Shown here piece after piece: positions 55,560 to 64,000 of a stretch of 64,000 nt of DNA. Position 1 is the stretch's first letter; each line of letters opens with the position of its first letter. The notes below the pieces were generated by a model. It did no database searches. It had not been told where the DNA came from and worked only from the letters and a program-made list of their open reading frames with translations. The DNA is from Octopus sinensis (lineage: Eukaryota), in assembly GCF_006345805.1 (NCBI RefSeq), contig NC_043012.1, positions 31,620,001 to 31,684,000 of the forward strand, read 5' to 3'. The translations under genes and the position numbers were made by a program.

Positions 55560-55852
55560 TCTCTTTATTATACGTTTTGTTGGATCTTCAGGAGTCTTGC
55601 ATGCTTAGCGGTCTTACTACCTGCAGTCTACGGTACCATGCTATACGTTCTTTTCAAGTATCTAATACTTTCCAAGGTAGCACTTTCGCTACCTGGTCAT
55701 GTCACCACAACTTGTAGTGGTTTTGGACAAGTCTTAGGCATTCGTTTGTGATATGGTCAATGGTTTCATCCGCACTAATGCAGATACAGCACAGTGGAGA
55801 CTCTGGCTCATTCCTCGGGTTGACCCTACAGTTGGTGGCCAGAGCTTGGTCC
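55560..55852 (-). pseudogene. second, older Dong/R4-type fragment (zinc knuckle)
   Basis: Minus frame DQALATNCRVNPRNEPESPLCCICISADETIDHITNEC. Confidence 0.7.
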
Positions 55853-55861
55853 TATTATTAT

Positions 55862-56324
55862 GAGAATGAAAGCAGAGCATGCCATCAAAGTGACACTGGG
55901 GTAAAATATACGAAGCCCAGTATACCCATCATGACTACCCGTCTGATAAGGGTACACCAGGCACATGCATCAGAACCATATGTACTCGACATGGTGATCT
56001 CATATCAAGATAAACAGCGCATGACCTTGCGGTTGGAGACCAGTTAGAATTTTCTTCAGGTCGAGTAGCCCATCCCGCTCAAAAGGTCCCTGAATAAGGG
56101 TTGTTTAAGGGTGATGAACAAAACATCCATGTTTCCAAAGGTGAATTACCCAAACCCGAAAGAATTCTTGTCAACATATACCTATGATGCTCCTCCTCTA
56201 CTTCTGCTCGTGATCAGAAATGTATATATTGTCAACTGCTGAGGGACATGCTCAACTAGTTAAGGTCAAACAACTGACAAGCAAATCTGTGGTATTGAGC
56301 AGAATATACGCTGTAGCTGACCTG
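55862..56324 (-). mobile_element. reverse, 5'-truncated copy of the 54753-55303 element
   Basis: gccatcaaagtgacactggggtaaaatatacgaagccc etc.; (TTA)n flanks. Confidence 0.8.
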
Positions 56325-56350
56325 TATTATTATTATTATTATTATTATTA

Positions 56351-56401
<51 letters not shown>

Positions 56402-57538
56402 TATTATTTTATTATTATTATTATTATTTTATTATTATTATTATTATTCTATAATGAAAAATAGAAATGTGTACAGATAGTGTAAATTATAATCCATGGA
56501 AATGTTTTCCATTTCCAATAAGGCCAACAAATGAAAATAAATCCCGAAGTAACATTCGTATAAAGGTGGGTGAAACAATTATATAATGTTCACAAAATGA
56601 AAAACTAAATACAAAAATAGGACCACAGAATGTTATGTTTCGAAGGTGACAGCCAAATCTCTTATACGACTAACATTTGATAGACTGGGCAACATCAAAG
56701 TCGATGAAGACACATTCTGCTGCCGTGCGCAGCATTCGAAGCTGAGGCTGCAACGCAACACCAGGGCTTTTACGTATGCCAGAATCTGCCAAAATATATG
56801 ACGTATATTGATGTATAAAAACTATGTAGAAAATAATTCAATCACATTTTTCAATTTGTTTAGATTTGTCTAAACTGGATTATATAAGCAGACATATAAG
56901 AGATGATATTTTTATTACATTCGTTACTGCAGATAGACGAAAATATATGATGCCAAGGAAAGTATATTTCACAAAATGCGATATGCGGTTTCCGTGTCCA
57001 GAAAATTTACCGTGAGAAATTACGGCCCTATAGAAAAATTCACCGCAGAACAAATTCACCATATGCCTTTTATATTAGTATTTTTTTAACATCATGAAAA
57101 ACAATGATAAAAGGTTTTATACATGGGTTAAATGGATTAGTCTTTATTCAAAAGTGAAACATTAAAAAACGTTATGAGGTAATTTGAAACAAAATCTTGA
57201 ATATGGTGAATTTCCCTATGGCGAAATTCCTGTAACTGTACATTTTCGTGCAAACTAGAGAATTAAGTGGAAAACGAGACAAGTAATGACTCCTAATGGT
57301 GCAATAGTGGCTGCGTCTGTGTTTTGTGATACACTGACAATGAAAAAAAATAAATAAATAGAAGACTAAAAAGAAAAAAAAAAAGAAAAGAAAGAAGATT
57401 GCTTTTTTTCTCTTGGTATTCATATATTCTAAATATTACTCCATTTAGATATGTTATAGCCGTCTAATTATTTCGGAACAAACTGAGATGAACTTCCAGA
57501 TAAGACTGGATTACGATTTTCCATTTTTCTTTGTGTGA

Positions 57539-57570
<32 letters not shown>

Positions 57571-57583
57571 AGATATAGATACA

Positions 57584-57678
<95 letters not shown>

Positions 57679-58084
57679 ATCTTTGGATGGATTATACAAT
57701 CATTTGATGCATCGTTACACGCATTTTCACAGACCACGTATCTCTTAAGATCACGGTCCGTACTCTTTGGATGATTACAGCGCTGTCCGTTGTATCAGTG
57801 CGTGCGGGGTCGATCATCTTCATGGATTCTCTTCTTTAGGTGGTATCACATTAGTATATGTAGAACATAGGAATGTTTATCCCATTTTACAAGTATGAAG
57901 GTTAAGCGAGTTATGTGTGCAGTAGGTGGAGAGGAAGGGAGTTGTAGGAAATCAAGGAAGGAATGGTAGTTATATGGGGATGGAGGCGTGTGTGGTGGTT
58001 GTGTTGGACTTATTTTGCTATTCATTTAGCAGTGTTAAGGATGGGTTGTACATTATTTTGTTTGACTTCATTTAAGGCATCACT

Positions 58085-58745
58085 ATCAGCGTCGTATAGC
58101 GAGTTAGAGGCGGGAATGTACAACGACGTTCTCGGGCGTCGACGAACATCAACTCGCTGGTCTGTTTCGGAGAACTTTCGGGCCTGGGCCTACGAATAAC
58201 TTCTAGAAATCCCAGATCTTTTCGCTTTGACCGGCAGATTTTTAAAATAATTTCTGGCGGTGTCATATGAAAATGTCACCCATAATTATGACCCTAGTAT
58301 CGATCTATTGCATTTCAATCTGTTTTGGGGTTAGGGTTTGAGTTAGGGGTGGGGGAAGGGTGTCATTTTTTCTTCAGAAATGTAAATAAACCCAATCTGT
58401 TTCTTAAACGAGGGACATTTTCATATGACACCGCCAGAAAATGTTTACTGCAGAGAATGTTTTCACCTCAATAGACATTATTGATTGGTTGAAATTGCCG
58501 AACCTGAAGAAAAAAACAACAACAATTATCTTACAAACTACAGAATTTTCACAAGAAAGCCAAGAGAAATAGATGTTTTATAAACACATTCTACCAGTAT
58601 ACGAAGTTTAAAAGCGTTTAGTTACATGGAAATTATTTTAAAAATCTGCCGGTCAAAGCGAAAAGATCCGAAATCCCTTGCCCGGCAGTGCTACCGAAGG
58701 GCGCTGCACGTTCAGGATGAATTTTACTGGCCGGGAGGAACAGGC
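58085..58745 (+). pseudogene. Tx1/L1-type LINE ORF2 C-terminal (zf-RVT-like) fragment split by a MITE
   Basis: Removing the MITE restores ..FGPGPTNNF*KSLARQCYRRALHVQDEFY. Confidence 0.5.
58214..58669. mobile_element. MITE with about 38-bp TIRs and 8-bp TSD
   Basis: gatcttttcgctttgaccggcagatttttaaaataatt / aattattttaaaaatctgccggtcaaagcgaaaagatc; gaaatccc at 58206-58213 and 58670-58677; internal ggggttagggtttgagttagggg. Confidence 0.92.
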
Positions 58746-60559
58746 AATTTTTATTTGTCTAGTGGTTGTAGCGAAAGAGATAGTATTGCGCGCACACGTA
58801 CACACACATGCAAACACAGACATATTGTCCCTTTTGTACCTCTTTTTCAGATCATAGCAACTATTGTTATTTAAGTATACAGCCATCTAATCTCCCAGTT
58901 TTATGCGTTATATATTGTGAAGGTTCCCGATTAATATTTGTATATTCTCTAAATTATTTTTGTTTAAACTTTCCAATTCTCTTGATTTCTTATATTTTGC
59001 CTTCACCACACGAATATATTTTTAAAAATCTCCTTCATTTATATTCATGATAAATATTTTCGTATTTCTGTGGGGCCAACATTATTCTTTGTAATTACGA
59101 ATCGATGTAGATTTTACTTTCCAGTGTTATTTTTTGTTTATCTGAAGTGATTGAATTGGGATCTTTTTTCCAGTTACTTCCCGATCTTTTATGTAAATTA
59201 AGAAATTTATAATGATTACACTTGCTTGTTTTTCTTGATATTATTTGCAGAACGGTCGTTAAGTTCTCTTTTGCTATTCTAATCATGTATGCTAATGCCG
59301 CATTTATTTTGAAACGATTTTGCCTTAAATTATATTTCCTCAAATTTTAATGTATTTTCTTGTCTCATTTTGCAATGTTTATAATCTTGGTGTTTCCTTC
59401 TCCGTATAGATACGTTGTGTTCGTTTGTAACGTAATCTTTTGTGAATGAATATCGTCTTCTAAGTTCTGAGTTTATTTTTACTCTTTTCCATTTTTTTCT
59501 CATTGTTTGCGTATTCATCTCGTTTGTTTTCATACTTCATGTTGTTTACACAGTTGGTGACGTCCTGTACCCATATATGCATATATATATATATATATAT
59601 ATATAAACAAAATAAAAAAAAACGAAGAATAAACACAAAAAACAACAACGCTAATATATATATATACATATATATATATATACACATACACACACACATA
59701 TATATAAACGTATATATATTATTTATATTATTATTTAATTGAACGCTACGCATCCATTTCCAAGTAAGTTTATCATAAACTTTTTGATGGAACTGTAGAC
59801 AATTTCCTGTATAAAAAGGTTCATTTCAAAGAAATATTTCAAATTTGACACAGCTGAAAAAAAAAAAAAAAAATGACCAAATTCATACTACAATGAAGAA
59901 AATTACTTGTAAATTAGTAATGAATATGTTACATTTATTAAAAGAAAGCAATTATTAAAGTGATCACCGACTAGAAAACTCCTAAAATTCCAATTTTAAT
60001 TAATTTTTTATCAGTGTGATTTTCATTTCTCTTCATTATTGAAGATTTTTTAACAGCATGATTCTAAAAGAAAACTAACTTTTAATCAAAGCAATATATC
60101 ATTTTTTTAATAACTTACATTTGTATCTATTGTATTCTACCATATTGCTTTGCAGTGTTCTCTCTCACCCTCTCTTTCCAATCTCTTATGTACTTACTGC
60201 CTCCCTTCCTGTTAGTCTTCCTTCTTCTCTCTTCTTATAAATTATTCCCTCTTACTCGTCGTTTTAAACGTCTTTCGTCCAGTTCCTCTTTGTCTCTCCT
60301 CTTCTCCCTCTCTTTCTCTCTCTCACTCATTTCCTTTATTTCTCTTCCTCTATTACCTTACTTTTTAAAGTTATCCTGCACACTGTTATTTTCACTTTCT
60401 TTCTCTGCAATTCTAGGTCCTTCTATCTCTTTCACTCTGTCTCTCTGTCTCTCTGTTTCTCTCTTTCACTCGTTGTCTACTGCCTATGTTCAATTGCCTC
60501 CATTCAACATAACTGATTACGATGTTTTCACATTAGCATATGTGAATTTCACATGGGTC

Positions 60560-61392
60560 GTCCATAAAAGTTGTCAGCAAAAATAGAACGGTTGGTAGCA
60601 AAAGCCGAATTGCAGAAAGAAAGAAAGAAAGGCAACTAAGTACGAGAAAGCCAGGGCAGAACAAGTGAAAGAAATGTCTGAATATGTTTGTAGAGATAAA
60701 AAAAAAAAGATATGATTCTATCCCTGTTACACATGATAGATTAGCTCGGTTATCTCAAGAAGAAAATTATCTGCGTCAAAACAATACACTGAACAAGCTT
60801 TTACAGTTTCTGAATTGCCAATTGTTAAACAAATATCTAAAGCAAATAGCAGTGGGATACAAACAGCAAGAATACTGCAAAAACGTAGGAAACTGAGAGA
60901 CCAAAGCGAATATGCGCAGTGGAAGAATAAACTGAAACTAGGAAGAAGTCTGTTGAAGGATTAACAGTGAATGTAATGCTGGAAGTCTTTTCGGCAATGT
61001 TTCCTCACACTGCAAAGCTGAGATGGACTTCTGAATGGAAACCAGTATGTTGCTTCCAGGAACTGTAAATCAGGATGAACTGCATTCTCCTCTACCGAAT
61101 GCTATTAAATACATCGGTGTTGATCATGTAGGAATCAGAAAATATATGCGTATATCACAATGCGGTAGCATTGGCTTCTCTGAGTTGTAGAGAAATCAGA
61201 GTCAAGATTTAGTAATACATTTAAAGTACAGGGAAATGTTTCTTACACGATTGGATCACTAATTCCAAATGATGATAACTCAAAATTTGCTGAGACCTAC
61301 GTCTATGACACGGGTAATATATTTCAGAATCGTCTGTGGCATACAAAGTATGGTGAAATTTTCAGAGCCATACACGGTGAATTGCAAAACCA
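60560..61392 (+). pseudogene. Helitron RepHel N-terminal region, disrupted
   Basis: AKLRWTSEWKPVCC, NICVYHNAVALASL, TFKVQGNVSYTIGSLIPNDDNSKFAETYVYDT across frameshifts. Confidence 0.8.
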
Positions 61393-61393
61393 T

Positions 61394-61534
61394 GTACATA
61401 CATACATACATACATACATACATACATACATACATACATACATACATACATTCATACATACATACATACATACATACATACATACATACATACATACATA
61501 CATACATACATTCATACATACATACATACATACA

Positions 61535-61562
<28 letters not shown>
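61394..61562. repeat. (CATA)n microsatellite
   Basis: Direct reading. Confidence 0.95.
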
Positions 61563-61565
<3 letters not shown>

Positions 61566-61744
61566 GTACCAGTTGAATAAGGTTAAAACATAGTCTGGTT
61601 TTCACGTTTTTTAAAATGGTATTTTAACATTGAAAACATATTTTGTAATGTTCATAAAGTTCAATCAGCGCTTTCGTAGTAATATTGAAATACAATATTG
61701 TTTTGTATATCAATATTATTATTATACTTTTCAAGTTAATTATA

Positions 61745-61876
61745 TCTTCTGACGAGGCCCAGAGTTCTTTTAACATATAAGTATAGTTTTTAATGCCTAC
61801 AAACATAATATACTGATATCTATAAGCAATTTAGTTGGATTGACTTTTGACCATAGGCTGAAACAGCTGTAAGAAG
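61745..61876 (+). ncRNA. candidate type-I hammerhead ribozyme with long loop II
   Basis: tctt-CTGACGA-ggcc-[about 95 nt]-ggct-GAAA-cagctg-TA-agaag; canonical core, palindromic CAGCTG stem III, GUA triplet; stem I imperfect. Confidence 0.55.
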
Positions 61877-62111
61877 TAGTTTATGAATTTCAATAATTTA
61901 TATGACTTTTAAAATATGTATTTGTATTATTACTGGTATTATATTACCTATTGATTTATATAATGTTTTGTTTGCTTTTGATGTTCTCATTTGTATAATT
62001 AATAAGTAATGTAAAATTGTAATATCCGTAAGTTGATAAACGAGATGAATTTGTTTCTCCATTTTCTTATTTGTATTATACACACACGCACGCACCACAC
62101 ACACACACACA

Positions 62112-62200
<89 letters not shown>

Positions 62201-62817
62201 CTGTAGCACAATTACTTTTTCTCAACACAGAAAAAGTAATTGCTCCAGTTACATTATCCCAAAACAAACCGAAAAAGAGAAAGATGCCACATTTAAACGA
62301 TGTCTGGACAAATTTCTTCAAGGGATGCCAGGCTAGGGACATATTTGGATACATCTCAGTCAACAAATACTTCACTAATTGAATGGGCCATGATTTCACA
62401 AAACTTGATTTTAAAACTCACAGATTGTATTAGTTGGGTCCTACATGTGTCGTCGGTAACTTATTGACTGAAATATATCTAAGATTTATCTAAGTTTATA
62501 AAACATTTTACTGCTCATTCTACTTCGAAACTTGGACCTTCAAGATGTTGCGTTATATTTCCTTCATTTCATCAATATTACGAAATATTTGCATCGCATG
62601 CGTTAATATCTGTGGTTTCAATGAATTAGTGTAAAAGATATTAATGGTTTTCAATATTTTCAGAGCTGCTGTATCAGGCTTAGCGTTCTTAGATACAATT
62701 TAGACAACTATATTCGTATGTCCAAGTACAATCGTGTAATTGTCAATAAACAAAAAGGGTTTCCATATATTTCTGTATGTGCATGCTTGTGTGTGCATAT
62801 ATATATATATCTATCTA

Positions 62818-62897
<80 letters not shown>

Positions 62898-62914
62898 ATC
62901 TATCTATCTATCTA

Positions 62915-62962
<48 letters not shown>

Positions 62963-62968
62963 TATATG

Positions 62969-63066
<98 letters not shown>

Positions 63067-63675
63067 TGTACACACATATACATATGAAAACAACACGATA
63101 TTCCGACATATTTCGTTATAATCTTCATTGCTAATTTTTGACATGAAGCTAAATTTGGCGTAGATTACATCTAACCGTTCGTATTGCTACTTTTATATTA
63201 TAACACCGCTTAAGTTTAATAACCTGATGCTATCTATTTTTAGATGTTACGTTATGAAATAGGTTTTGACATAATACCGTTGTTCCATCTTGGTGGTGGA
63301 GATGTTTACTTAAGTAATTAGAATTTAATTGATGTTTCTAAGATTCAGAGAACGTTTCTATTTCAGGGTTTACTGATAATAATACTTTCGGAACAGATTG
63401 TATCTGAAGTGTAGCCAATGTTTCCAGCATATCTTGTGATATATCTCTCAAACATGATACAAGTTATTGAATATACATACATACATACACACACATACAC
63501 ATATATACACATATGTATATATATATATATATATATATCTATATATATATATATATACATATGTATATAACCTGCTTAATAGCTGTCAAATATGATAGAT
63601 TTTATTGAACACGTATACACGCACATGCTAACATATGCATACATACATACATACATACATATATATATATATATA

Positions 63676-63719
<44 letters not shown>

Positions 63720-63762
63720 TGTTTAATAGCTACAAACATATATTTCAACTACTTGTGTGTGT

Positions 63763-63832
<70 letters not shown>

Positions 63833-64000
63833 TATATATATACCCATCTATGTATGTATACACATCCATACACATTGATGCACTCACATATTACATTATT
63901 TATGATCTCTCAGTTGATTAGTTGTTCGTCTGCGTAGCAAGAGGATCTACATTCCGTATTGCCTTCAGTGCATCTTAAATATTTTATTCACATATTTTCT

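Noticed and set aside
59095-59533. Lys/Arg-rich minus-strand ORFs
   Set aside because: No recognisable domain; consistent with T-rich composition or an unidentifiable TE relic.
62200-62250. Short hairpin (caattactttttct / agaaaaagtaattg) as terminator or miRNA
   Set aside because: Eukaryotic context, AT-rich and short; more likely a collapsed MITE. The same applies to 30659-30716.

Overview
AT-rich, microsatellite-saturated eukaryotic DNA with no intact host gene that I can support. The SINE families and repeat landscape look like a coleoid cephalopod (Octopus-type) genome; this is an inference from recall, not a search. The window is a transposon graveyard. It holds a frameshifted Penelope-like element (PLE) RT, a Dong/R4 non-LTR element in (TAA)n, RTE and Tx1/L1-type LINE pieces, a LINE ORF1 zinc-knuckle gene, Helitrons, mariner/piggyBac/MITE remnants and about 30 copies of three tRNA-derived SINE families. 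Nearly all listed ORFs are microsatellite artefacts. The most interesting signal is a set of at least five sequence-unrelated 250-340 bp fold-back palindromes plus several linear elements, mostly in or beside (TA)n. They carry minimal type-I hammerhead-ribozyme-like cores. Three use UUGANAA, a compensatory U3-A8 version of the C3-G8 pair. These are most likely PLE pseudo-LTR-derived or retrozyme-like elements. All coordinates were read by eye and may be off by a few bases.
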